Below are positions 8,721 to 17,464 of a stretch of DNA of 32,000 nt, in pieces (position 1 is the stretch's first letter; every line of letters begins with the position of its first letter). Source of the stretch: Thermodesulfobacteriota bacterium. GTDB lineage: Bacteria; Desulfobacterota; WTBG01; JAGOGO01. The stretch lies in contig CP113000.1 in NCBI GenBank assembly GCA_026625185.1, positions 1,155,622-1,187,621 of the forward strand. Reading direction: 5' to 3'. The notes under the pieces are model-generated. The model saw nothing but the letters and a program-made list of their open reading frames with translations, was not told the origin of the DNA and ran no database searches. The translations under genes and the position numbers were made by a program.

Positions 8721-10011
8721 AAGCTTCCGACTCCCTTAATAGACAAAAAAACACGGTTCTCGTTATAGTCACTGTGTTTCAGGTTCGATTCCCTCTGAAT
8801 CCGGGTGTAACCAATGGGGAAAATGCACCACCTTTGAAATGCATATTCGATAAAACAGTTTCCTCCATAGAGCGAATCATCCCTTTTCTCCCACTTCCCG
8901 CTTTCGGTTAAACCCTTCTCTTGTTCATAGGTAAAATTTTCAAAAAAAGCAGAGACACCAATTCTGGTTTTGGGAAAAGGCTGGCAAGAGTAATCCAAAG
9001 CCGCCAGGTCAACAAAGTAGTAAGAATTACCATTGCCGAAATCAGCAGGAAAATGGTTATAAGAGAGCTCAGCCTGGCTTTTGGGGGTTTTCCTCACTAG
9101 TTTTGTGGTTCCCAAAACTCTGGTTACATCCCCTGCCACCCCCTTGATTTGTTTATCAAAAAATTTTTTTTGAGCGCCGAATGCGAGTTCCAAACGGTAG
9201 AGAGGTGTAAGCTGGCGGGTAACGCCAAAGAGTCCCTGGGATGAGTGGTAATCTGAAGACCACTGAAAATTTCGGCTTGTTTCTCGAAAATCAAAGAAAA
9301 CGTTGGTTCTAAAGTTTATTCGATAGCCCAAGGTTAAATTTCCTGAATAGGCATTTGAATCTTAATCATCAGGGTTAAAAGCGTCCAGATAATGGAGCCG
9401 GTCGTAACGGAATCTTAAACTGATTGAAACTCTGTCAGATAATTGTTTTTCTACATACGGAGAGAACCAGTTGCGATAGTATTTTGCTGCAGAAATCCGA
9501 TCAGTGCCAAGCCACATATCTGTTGGCCTCCGGGAAAGAATGAAAAGTTCTTCCATTCCCACCTTGAGCGTATCATTAATTAACCTTTTTCCATAAAAGC
9601 TTAGATTGTGACCTACATAGTCCAAGTCTTTCCGGTCACGCCCAGAAGCAGGATCAAGGTTGGAATACCGTGTAACCGGCATCAAGTAGTCCAAAGAGGC
9701 AGTATACCTCGGCCCGCTTGAATTAAATTGGATTCTCGGGGTAATGAAGGTAATGAGGTCCCGGCTCTGATTTTTTTCCGTACAAAAGATATTGTCGTCG
9801 TATTCTTCTGTCAGGGCGATAGAAAGCGAAAGAGGAACCTTTCGATCTACCTTGAACTCTCTTTCAAAAAAATTACCCCAATAACCTTGTTCCATTGGTT
9901 TATAAACCGTTGCCCAAAGGCTTTGCAGATCCTCAAGGCTTAGATCAAAAGCGCTTGCTTTTGAAACTATTAATAGGAGGGAGACGATAAGAAAAAAGAG
10001 TTTTTTATCAT
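8708..10011 (-). pseudogene. EPS-locus outer-membrane beta-barrel protein (OmpL-like 'bbp2' type), disrupted twice as assembled
   Basis: ORFs 9362-9895 and 8708-9331 are in the same frame, separated by a single TAA (9362-9364). The frame stays open upstream to 10009 and encodes KKLFFLIVSLLLIVSKASA. The ATG at 10011-10009 is one base out of frame across an A6 run. Alternating beta-strand-like sequence, an EEYDDNIF block and an aromatic C-terminus are present. Confidence 0.65.
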
Positions 10012-10013
10012 AT

Positions 10014-10568
10014 TCACTTTATGGGGGAAGCAGGAGTAGAATACGCCTCTGAAAGGGCGGTTGACAATGGCGGGGATTCTAAGGGATTTGCTGCTCGTAA
10101 GACATAACTTAATACTTGTGGATCGTTCAACAGGGTTAGCACTGAGTCCTTATCGATGCTTTCTTCACAGGCACAGTTAATTTTAAATTTTTTTTCTTTT
10201 AATTTGCGCAGGACCTCCTGGCAGGAAATATTCGCCCTTTGGCTTAGCGGGGTGGTAATCTCATACACCACCTCGGCCAAGAAAGAACAATTTGCGGGCT
10301 CATCCATCTTTGCTTTCTCAAAAACAGTATAACTTCTTTTTGTCACCAAATTTTTTTCAAAAGCAAAGCGCTCTGCTTTATCCCAATCTTCTGTATTTTT
10401 GGGGAGGAAGAATTCCAGGCCCGCAACCTTGATTACCAAATCAACAACCTCTCCCTGGGTCATTGCTGATCCTAAAAGATTTGTAGTTGCAGCAGCCCCC
10501 CCAAACGATAGCGAAGGGGAATAAAATCCAAAAAATGTTATGAGGAGCATTAAGAAGATTTTTTTCAT
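10014..10568 (-). CDS. Secreted hypothetical protein, first gene of the EPS operon
   Basis: Start taken at MKKIFLMLLITFFGF (signal peptide) because AAGGAGG lies 9 nt upstream. The longer ORF start at 10640 has no SD. No family recognised. Confidence 0.6.
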   Translation of the reverse strand: MKKIFLMLLITFFGFYSPSLSFGGAAATTNLLGSAMTQGEVVDLVIKVAGLEFFLPKNTEDWDKAERFAFEKNLVTKRSYTVFEKAKMDEPANCSFLAEVVYEITTPLSQRANISCQEVLRKLKEKKFKINCACEESIDKDSVLTLLNDPQVLSYVLRAANPLESPPLSTALSEAYSTPASPIK

Positions 10569-10639
10569 TGTTAAAAACCTCCTTTCTTGCCTTTTTAAAA
10601 GATCGATTCCTACGTAAACATTTAGTTGAATTTTGCGCA

Positions 10640-10668
10640 ATAATACAAGAAAAATTCTATGAGTTCAA
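10640..10668 (-). promoter_or_regulatory. Sigma70-like promoter candidate for the EPS operon
   Basis: Minus strand reads TTGAAC - 17 nt - TATTAT, about 70 nt upstream of the 10568 start. Confidence 0.35.
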
Positions 10669-10741
10669 CAAAAAACATCAGGTTTTATCTTTTTTAAAAA
10701 CACGTTAGATGACTGCAAGGGGGAGATTTTATATAATGCGA

Positions 10742-12583
10742 TTAGGAAGGATTCATCCGGGGAAGATAATTAATAACGAATTGAAATTTGGGAAAAATCC
10801 GAGGCAGGCGCATTAGATTAAACACCATCACCCCGATGCTTAAACGATCCAGCCAGGAAGACATGGGCCAGCCAAAGTGCACGATTATCCGACTCTCCGG
10901 CATTTCATACTCCACAACTTTTAGGATAGCAACCATTCTCTGGTACAAACCTGTCTTGATAAGGGGAAAACGATAATGGTTGGAGGCCGCCTTACTAGGG
11001 ATTCCCTGCCGAGGTGAATAAAAGGTGATATACGCTTCATTGTCTTTTGGGTTGCTCAAAGCCTCTTCCCAGGGTCGTCGAAAATAAATATGAAGATCAG
11101 GGCGGGAAGATTGAGCTAATTGGAGAATCATCTCCATCTCGCTGTCGGTTTTTTCAATCTCCTTGATCTCTGGTGCGCGCTTTCGAGCTATTATAAAACC
11201 ACCGAGCAAAACCATCCCGGTAACAGTTGCCCATAAGATCAAACCGTGGGGCTTCTTATTGGCCAGAAACACAAAGCAGCTCACAAACACAACCCACATC
11301 ACTAGCGTAACTAATCGGCTGGTGTTAAAATGAATGACCTCCTTTGTTCCCCTGAAATAACGGTAAATAAGGAGAGACCCCATGTTAATGCAGAAGCAAG
11401 CGATCAGACCCAAGGCGTACATATCAGCCAAGATCATCTGTCTGCCTTGCGTGATGAAAATGATTGCCGAGAAAAAAATAGCGTTAAGGAGGTGAATGCG
11501 GTAGAGCGACTGACGGCGGTTGGTGGCTATGAGCCAGAGAAATCCATAACGGTGCGCAGCCCGCTCCATCAGTTCGCTGGAGGCCACAAAGGCGGTGTTG
11601 ACCGCCATGGTCAGGGTGAAGCTGGCGAGAGCTCCTACGGCCATCCCGAAAGGAACACCATTGACCAATGTACCAAAGTAAGTAATCAAATCACCTTCGT
11701 GTTTTGCAAAATCAATATTTGCGGAGAGAGCCAATGCGGCAATTACAGGGGTTACCAGGCCGACCGTGATGGCTAAGAATATATACGCCTTTTTTGTCTC
11801 CTGCCAGTTCCGCACCAGCCCAGCGGTCTGAAGCACTGATTCAACACCGGAATATGCCAGCACGCAACTGGCGACCGAAGCAATAAAAATTTCATAGGTC
11901 CCGATCCAGGAACCGGTTTGTAAGCGGGCATGGGTCTGATGCACGGCCTCTTTTAGACGAGCTATGGAGTCGCCATCCAGGCCTATAATACCGGAAACGA
12001 TCAGGTTCAGGAAAATAAAAGCCGCCATGATAAAGATGCTAAAGGTAAAACGGGCGTTATCCCGGATCCCCAAGATGTTGAGTCCCGCCACCCCCCAGAT
12101 GATTACCAGAACCAGGGCAATAATTGCCGATTGAGATAAAGGGAAAAAAGAGGAAGCGTTGAGCACCGCACTCACTGCGGACAGGCAGGCAGTGAGGGTG
12201 TAATCTACCATAATGGAGGCCACGGCTACAAAGGAAACCATGGGGCCAAGTACCAGATAAGAGAATGAATAAACTCCGCCACCAATGAGTTTATGGTGCT
12301 CAAGAATCTCAGCAATCTCCACCAGCCGGGTGGTCATGTAATGGATAAATATTGCAGTAAAGGCGATAAAGAAAATAGCGCTGACGCCGATAAAGCGGTA
12401 AGCTTCAGCCGGAGCATAGAAAACCGAGGTGAGCTCGTCCATGAGGGTAATAATCGCGATGGAAAGCCAGGTGAGCAGCCAGCGCCCCTTGAAATAATAG
12501 GAGAGGAGTCCTGGTTTGCGAAGCAGAAAAATAAAGAGAGCAAGTAATGAGAGGTTAAGAATAAGAAGAGTTATAGTTTTCAT
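10742..12583 (-). CDS. APC-superfamily permease (amino acid/polyamine-type) with a cytoplasmic C-terminal domain of about 150 aa
   Basis: 613 aa with about 12 TM helices. The GGGVYSFSYLVLGP block is typical of APC transporters. The soluble tail was not recognised. Confidence 0.7.
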   Translation of the reverse strand: MKTITLLILNLSLLALFIFLLRKPGLLSYYFKGRWLLTWLSIAIITLMDELTSVFYAPAEAYRFIGVSAIFFIAFTAIFIHYMTTRLVEIAEILEHHKLIGGGVYSFSYLVLGPMVSFVAVASIMVDYTLTACLSAVSAVLNASSFFPLSQSAIIALVLVIIWGVAGLNILGIRDNARFTFSIFIMAAFIFLNLIVSGIIGLDGDSIARLKEAVHQTHARLQTGSWIGTYEIFIASVASCVLAYSGVESVLQTAGLVRNWQETKKAYIFLAITVGLVTPVIAALALSANIDFAKHEGDLITYFGTLVNGVPFGMAVGALASFTLTMAVNTAFVASSELMERAAHRYGFLWLIATNRRQSLYRIHLLNAIFFSAIIFITQGRQMILADMYALGLIACFCINMGSLLIYRYFRGTKEVIHFNTSRLVTLVMWVVFVSCFVFLANKKPHGLILWATVTGMVLLGGFIIARKRAPEIKEIEKTDSEMEMILQLAQSSRPDLHIYFRRPWEEALSNPKDNEAYITFYSPRQGIPSKAASNHYRFPLIKTGLYQRMVAILKVVEYEMPESRIIVHFGWPMSSWLDRLSIGVMVFNLMRLPRIFPKFQFVINYLPRMNPS

Positions 12584-12595
12584 CTAATGGAAGTT

Positions 12596-13120
12596 TTAAA
12601 GCAGTTTTTCTAACTCGTTAAGAAATATTTCGAGGCTCTCCTTCCCAAAAAGGCAAAAGACCACTTGTTTAATGTCCGTTCTTACCTTCAAGTACTCAAT
12701 GGTCGTGGAAAGCATGATTTGGGCGCACCGGTCGAGCGGAAATCCGAAAATGCCGGTGCTGATAGCAGGGAAAGCAATGCTTGTTAATTTGTTTTGTACA
12801 GCTACCTTGAGGCTGTTTAAGGTGGCATTTTTTAATTTTTCCTCTTCATTCCCTTCCCCCATCCGGGGACCGACCGCGTGGATTACATGCCGGGCTTTTA
12901 AATTCCCTCCGGTGGTGATTACCGCGCCGCCTACAAACGTGCCTCCGATTTTATCACACTCCTCCTGAATTTTTAGACCCCCTTTACGTCGGATTGCTCC
13001 AGCTACCCCGGCCCCGAGCTGGAGAGCCGCGTTAGCCGCATTAACAATAGCGTCTGTATCCATTTCTGTGATATCGCCTTCGACAAGCTCGATAATTGAT
13101 TTGTTGATGGTTATTTTCAT
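12596..13120 (-). CDS. Macro-domain protein (ADP-ribose binding / O-acetyl-ADP-ribose deacetylase type)
   Basis: 174 aa. DAIVNAANAALQLGAGVAGAIRRKGG, GGAVITTGGNLKARHVIHAVGP and AFPAISTGIFGFP are hallmark macro-domain blocks. Confidence 0.9.
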   Translation of the reverse strand: MKITINKSIIELVEGDITEMDTDAIVNAANAALQLGAGVAGAIRRKGGLKIQEECDKIGGTFVGGAVITTGGNLKARHVIHAVGPRMGEGNEEEKLKNATLNSLKVAVQNKLTSIAFPAISTGIFGFPLDRCAQIMLSTTIEYLKVRTDIKQVVFCLFGKESLEIFLNELEKLL

Positions 13121-13500
13121 AGATCACCCGTTCTTTCGCCGTAAAGCCGGCTATTTATTAAAATTGTCACCTTATCAAAACCCAAACAATATTTCAACCC
13201 TTGCTTATTTTAATGAAAAACATAAATGAATTAGACTAGTTTGGCTCGTTTCCAACGAATCAACGACTTGTTTTTTTATTGACTTTTTTCCTGGTTAGGA
13301 GTAAAAAAGTAAAAATATCAACCCCAAAAAAGATAAGGGACGGAAAGGGCAAAGGTGTCTTTGATGGGAAGGGTTTTCACGACTGATGAGAATATGAAAT
13401 AATGCCGATTGCCAAATAAAAAGGTAACGGGCTTTTTTGTTTTAAGACGGGATACACGATAACGAATTTTATTTGAGGGGGTTTTTACTGAGGACTAATA

Positions 13501-13532
13501 CTGACACTTACACTTATAGTTACACTGACACT
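13501..13532 (+). repeat. Direct repeats CTGACACT (x2, 24 bp apart) interleaved with TACACT (x2), upstream of the PD-(D/E)xK-like gene
   Basis: CTGACACT at 13501-13508 and 13525-13532. TACACT at 13509-13514 and 13521-13526. The repeats lie 60-90 nt upstream of the ATG at 13593. Confidence 0.4.
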
Positions 13533-13592
13533 GTAGTGGTGTTTAGGTTTTTATACGGATCAATATAATCGTTGTTAAATGGAGATTGATCT

Positions 13593-14348
13593 ATGGGAAA
13601 TCAGAAGTGGGGGGAGAGTTTTTTAAAGAGCGGATTACCACTTGAGCATCTTACGCTACTTGCCTTGAAATCAATCGGTTGGGAATGCGAACTCCACTAC
13701 GAATATCTGCGAGTTAATAGAGATAAGCAACTTCGGCGTTTTGAACACGATGCAATCTCATATAGCCCGTGGTCAGAAAACGGCAATATGCGATTGCTAA
13801 TTGAGTGCAAGTACCACGACGAAAGTCGCTTTTGGTTTTTTTTGCCTTGTGAAACAGAAGACCACTTAGCCCAATATGGGGCTCTTTCAGCCGGGGAGAA
13901 CCTCAATGTTAATTTTGCGGTAATTCATTCTGCACCTTATAAATGTTTGGCTAATCCTGAATCGGAAAGCCTCCTATCTCTAGCACCCAGGTGTGTCTGG
14001 GGTGTTACTGTATCTATGGATGGGGCTCGTCAGCCCAACGCAGTAGAGGAAGCTACTAAACAGCTTGCATTCGGGTTCGTTCCTTACTGTCTCGAAAGCT
14101 TTTACGGATTTCACAATCCAAGTGCTATTTTTATCCTTCCTGTTATTGTCACTAGTGCGCGACTTTTCCGCTTAAGACCTAATATTAATAGTTTTGATGC
14201 TTTCCGACGTGCTACTTCTCCAGATGTTATAGCGGATGAGTTGCCATGGTTGTGGTATTACCATGCGCCAAATGGAGATTTACTTGATCATAACAGTGAC
14301 GAAATAGATGCTTATAAGAAAAAAAGCAAATATGCGGGCAAAAAATAG
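13593..14348 (+). CDS. Hypothetical protein with an N-terminal PD-(D/E)xK (restriction-endonuclease-like) motif set; probably continues to 14536 across a homopolymer frameshift
   Basis: GGAG lies upstream of the ATG. Motifs are GESF...LPLEHL (E8/E18), FEHDAISY (D53) and MRLLIECKY (E71-x-K73), in the spacing of the D...(D/E)xK core. The C-terminal roughly 170 aa were not recognised. Confidence 0.6.
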   Translation: MGNQKWGESFLKSGLPLEHLTLLALKSIGWECELHYEYLRVNRDKQLRRFEHDAISYSPWSENGNMRLLIECKYHDESRFWFFLPCETEDHLAQYGALSAGENLNVNFAVIHSAPYKCLANPESESLLSLAPRCVWGVTVSMDGARQPNAVEEATKQLAFGFVPYCLESFYGFHNPSAIFILPVIVTSARLFRLRPNINSFDAFRRATSPDVIADELPWLWYYHAPNGDLLDHNSDEIDAYKKKSKYAGKK

Positions 14349-14588
14349 TTGCCGATCAATTAATAGAACTCTGGACATTCCCACATTGGATAGCTGTTCT
14401 GAATATAGACGCTGTGGCGAGGGCGGTCACGCAGATTTATAAAGACTTCCTGTCTCTTCCAAAAAATTTCTCAGGCGACAAGCTTATCGCTGAGATTTGG
14501 AAGGAGTGGAAACGTAAACGTGGGACGCAAAAGTGAAAATGATTTTTAAGCTCCGCACGTCCAGAAGGAAAGAACGAATAACGGAATA

Positions 14589-14623
14589 ACCGGGTCGGGC
14601 CCCGACAACGGTCTAACTTTTTT
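14589..14623 (+). terminator. Weak terminator-like hairpin + T6 downstream of the extended PD-(D/E)xK frame
   Basis: ACCG..GTCGG-GCC-CCGAC..CGGT, then CTAAC, then TTTTTT. The T-run is 5 nt away from the stem, so this is only a weak candidate. Confidence 0.3.
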
Positions 14624-14959
14624 GTGAATGTGACCAAAAAATAAACAAGTGATAGAATTGGGTAGTGTCTCTAGTTTTCTTTAACGACTTAAGCGGAATG
14701 TTCTTTAGCGAATTGATACAGATAATGAGGTTATTGCTTTCACTGGCACGCCCATCGCTTCAATTGGTTGGTCAGCAAAAAGAAGGTCTGAAAAAACTGA
14801 AGCAAAAACTGCTGCATTAGATATTGTCGTAAAAGAGAATTCGGAAGTCTGGTGATAATCATTTTGCCTGCATCGGGAAAATGATAGGCAAGACATTTTT
14901 TATGTATTTAATTGTCGATGCAATATATAAACTTTATAATCATTGTTAGGTTGCATTGA

Positions 14960-15358
14960 GTGGACAATGTCGTTATTTTTGACGGTGTATGCAAGCTATG
15001 CGCGCATTCCGTGAGGTTCATCCTCAATCACGAATCCGAGCCGACACTTCGGTTCACGCCATTGCAATGTCCGTTAGGGGCGCGGCTTATGCGTGAGCTT
15101 GGATTCAATCCCGTGGATGCAAAGACATTCATTCTCATTTCTGACGGAAGGCCGTATGTGAAGTCCGATGCGGTCATTCGTTTAGCGCGCTATTTTCGAC
15201 AACCGTGGAAATTGCTCGGCGCGATCAAAATTATTCCGAGGGCGATCCGGAATTGGGCGTATGACGCCGTGGCACGCAACAGATACCGTTGGTTTGGGCA
15301 ATTTGACACGTGCATGGTGCCACCGCCAGAACTCAAAGCAAGGTTTGTCGAGGAGTAG
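14960..15358 (+). CDS. DCC-family thiol-disulfide oxidoreductase (DUF393)
   Basis: 132 aa, GTG start. VIFDGVCKLCAHSVRFI (CxxC) and C-terminal YDAVARNRYRWFG are the family signature. Confidence 0.8.
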   Translation: MDNVVIFDGVCKLCAHSVRFILNHESEPTLRFTPLQCPLGARLMRELGFNPVDAKTFILISDGRPYVKSDAVIRLARYFRQPWKLLGAIKIIPRAIRNWAYDAVARNRYRWFGQFDTCMVPPPELKARFVEE

Positions 15359-15481
15359 TGAAATGCAACCCGATAACGCGTTCAGCAGCGGATTGATATA
15401 AACAATGGTTTCCGCTTCCACCGGGAATCAATGACTCCGGCGGCACGATAATTAAAAACTATTTACTGGAGGAACCACGCT

Positions 15482-16303
15482 ATGACATATCGGGCTGAGA
15501 CGAAGAATATGGCGCTTTTTTGCGATTTCGAGAACATCGCTTTGGGTGTTCGGGACGCAAACTACGCTCAATTCGACATTGGCAAGGTGATCGAGCGGCT
15601 CCTGCTCAAAGGAAATATTGTCGTCAAGAAGGCTTACTGCGATTGGGACCGCTACAAAGACCTCAAGTCGGCGATGCATGAGGCGTCTTTTGAGTTGATC
15701 GAGATCCCCCACGTGCGACAGTCGGGCAAGAACTCCGCTGATATTCGCATGGTGGTGGATGCGCTCGACCTTTGTTACACAAAAGAACACCTGGATACCT
15801 TCGTGATCTTCAGCGGCGACTCCGATTTTGCCCCCCTCGTCAGCAAGCTGCGCGAGAACAACAAAATCGTAATCGGGGTCGGCGTCAAAAATTCGACGTC
15901 GGACTTGTTGATCGCGAACTGCGATGAATTTATCTATTACGATGACCTGGTGCACCGCCGGCCGCCCCGCAAGAAGGGTGGCGGCCGAGGAATGAGTCGC
16001 AAGCCTCCACGGGGGCTGATTGTCAAAGCCGCCACGCCCGCCGGGGACAGGAAGCAGGAGGCGTGGGACCTGATCGTCGAGACCTATGAGGCTTTGGTTG
16101 AAGAACGCGGCGAGGGAGAGAAGATCTGGGGTTCCATGATCAAGCAAACCCTGAAACGGCGAAAACCTGGTTTCAGCGAGTCTTACTACGGCTTCAGGTC
16201 TTTCAGTCAGCTATTGGAGGAGGCGGAAGAGCGCGGGATACTTGAGCTGGAGCCTGAAGAGAAGTCGGGTGGTTTTATCATCAAAAGTTGTCATGCGGTT
16301 TAA
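15482..16303 (+). CDS. NYN-domain (LabA-like) ribonuclease-fold protein with a C-terminal OST-HTH/LOTUS domain
   Basis: 273 aa. ALFCDFENI, KAYCDW, GKNSADIRMVVDALDL and VIFSGDSDFAPLVSKLRENNKIVIGVG form the NYN part. A basic linker follows, then WGSMIKQTLKRRKPGFSESYYGFRSFSQLLEEAEERGILEL forms the OST-HTH part. Confidence 0.9.
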   Translation: MTYRAETKNMALFCDFENIALGVRDANYAQFDIGKVIERLLLKGNIVVKKAYCDWDRYKDLKSAMHEASFELIEIPHVRQSGKNSADIRMVVDALDLCYTKEHLDTFVIFSGDSDFAPLVSKLRENNKIVIGVGVKNSTSDLLIANCDEFIYYDDLVHRRPPRKKGGGRGMSRKPPRGLIVKAATPAGDRKQEAWDLIVETYEALVEERGEGEKIWGSMIKQTLKRRKPGFSESYYGFRSFSQLLEEAEERGILELEPEEKSGGFIIKSCHAV

Positions 16304-16344
16304 TACCAAGGCGCCTCCATTTGTATGCCTTTGTTGTCTCCTCG

Positions 16345-17082
16345 TCATACTCCTCGAGGTACTAAAATGTACGCCTGCGTCGATTCCTCGTCGTCGCCGT
16401 CGTTCAGTTCAGGAATAACTAGGTTGGTTAGTTCCGCCCAAATATTGAGTCGTTTCATGCAGCGAATCGATTCCAGTACTGCTTCCAAATGGCCGTGGCA
16501 AATGTTTTTGTAGAAGTCTTCCCGAAAAGATTTGAGGTCCACATCGCACGCGTCCAGAAAAGGAGCGATGGTTTCAATGGCTTCCATGGTCATGTAGCCA
16601 TTGGTAACAAAAACATTAAAAAGGCCTTCTTTCTTCCCCAATTTAGAAATATCGTAGGCATACTCAAAAAAGATAGTCGGTTCGGTATAGGTATAGGATG
16701 TGCTCCGACACCCGTTTGCCTTGGCTTGCCGGACCACCTCTTCGGGAAGGAGTTTATCGCCGGGTAGTCTCTGGTCTTTTCTTTTTGATGTCTGGGAAAT
16801 CTGCCAGTTCTGGCAAAAGTCGCAATGAAAGTTGCATCCTGGTGTGGCGATGGAAAAGGACGTGGTGCCAGGCAAAAAGTGATAGAGCGGTTTTTTTTCG
16901 ATGGGATCGATGTTGGCGGCGATCACTTCTCCGTAAGCATGGGTATATAACTTTCCGGCCTGGTTCTGTCTCATCCCGCAGATTTCGAACTCTGTATCGG
17001 CGATCCGGCAGTGATGATTACCCAAACAACAGGCAACCTTTTGGTCTTACAACTCTTTATAAAGCATGGCTTCTTGCATCAT
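16345..17082 (-). pseudogene. AmmeMemoRadiSam-system-type radical SAM enzyme (AmrS-like), with an in-frame stop and a truncated 3' end
   Basis: AAGGAG is followed 8 nt later by ATG at 17082. MMQEAMLYKEL-TAA(17047-17049)-DQKVACCLGNHHCRI... is all in one frame. Radical SAM box GCNFHCDFCQNW and DPIEKKPLYHF are present. The protein ends at LNDGDDEE.., about 100 aa short of the roughly 330 aa I recall for this family. Confidence 0.75.
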
Positions 17083-17159
17083 TTTGTAAACTCCTTTTAA
17101 TGTGCGCCAACCGCGACTAAAAAAATAAAAACAACACCGCCCTACCCTTTCGCCTCCTA

Positions 17160-17402
17160 TTAAGCATCAGCTTCAGTCCGGGGAACATGTTTGTGTCGCC
17201 ACTGTTCCAGATAACGGCTCACATCTTTCTCGGTGAGATCATACCAATGATGGTAAAAGCCGGCCACGGCAAAGGAAATGGTGTGAGCCACAATTAGGCT
17301 GATAATTGCATCTGCTTTAGCGTCGACCCGCTGGAAAGCTGAGGCGGACGCGACCGGTACTGCCACCACCACTTTCCCGGCTTCCCGCCGGCGACCACTG
17401 GA
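17160..17402 (-). pseudogene. C-terminal stump of a phosphoribosyltransferase-family protein
   Basis: The frame is open only from a TGA at 17403-17405. RRREAGKVVVAVPVASASA...ADAIISL...FAVAGFYHHWYDLTEKDV matches the C-terminal third of 'putative phosphoribosyl transferase' proteins. The PRPP-binding N-terminal two-thirds are absent. Confidence 0.6.
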
Positions 17403-17464
17403 TCATTACCCAACTGAGATAAGGGAAGGGAGAAATTTTATCCAATTCGCTTAAGGGAGACAAT

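Noticed and set aside
8782-8792. GGTTCGATTCC, resembling a tRNA T-loop
   Set aside because: The flanking bases cannot form a T-stem or an acceptor stem. It lies inside the OMP coding frame.
9362-9364. Idea that the in-frame TAA codons (here and at 17047-17049) reflect stop-codon reassignment or programmed readthrough
   Set aside because: TAA clearly terminates ordinary genes in the same window (efp, comEC, the PBP-like gene). The affected genes carry additional lesions, so nonsense mutation is the simpler explanation.
14437-14896. Small minus-strand ORFs 14437-14637 and 14705-14896, and a plus-strand stop-to-stop frame (RIDTDNEVIAFTGTPIASIGWSAK...)
   Set aside because: The first overlaps the better-supported extension of the PD-(D/E)xK frame. 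The others lack starts, an SD or family resemblance. They may be debris of the insert, but this cannot be supported.
15452-16147. 231-aa minus-strand ORF antisense to the NYN/OST-HTH gene
   Set aside because: It is a shadow ORF in a GC-rich stretch. The sequence is low-complexity (P/R/G/A-rich) with no recognisable motifs, whereas the plus-strand frame has clear NYN and OST-HTH signatures.
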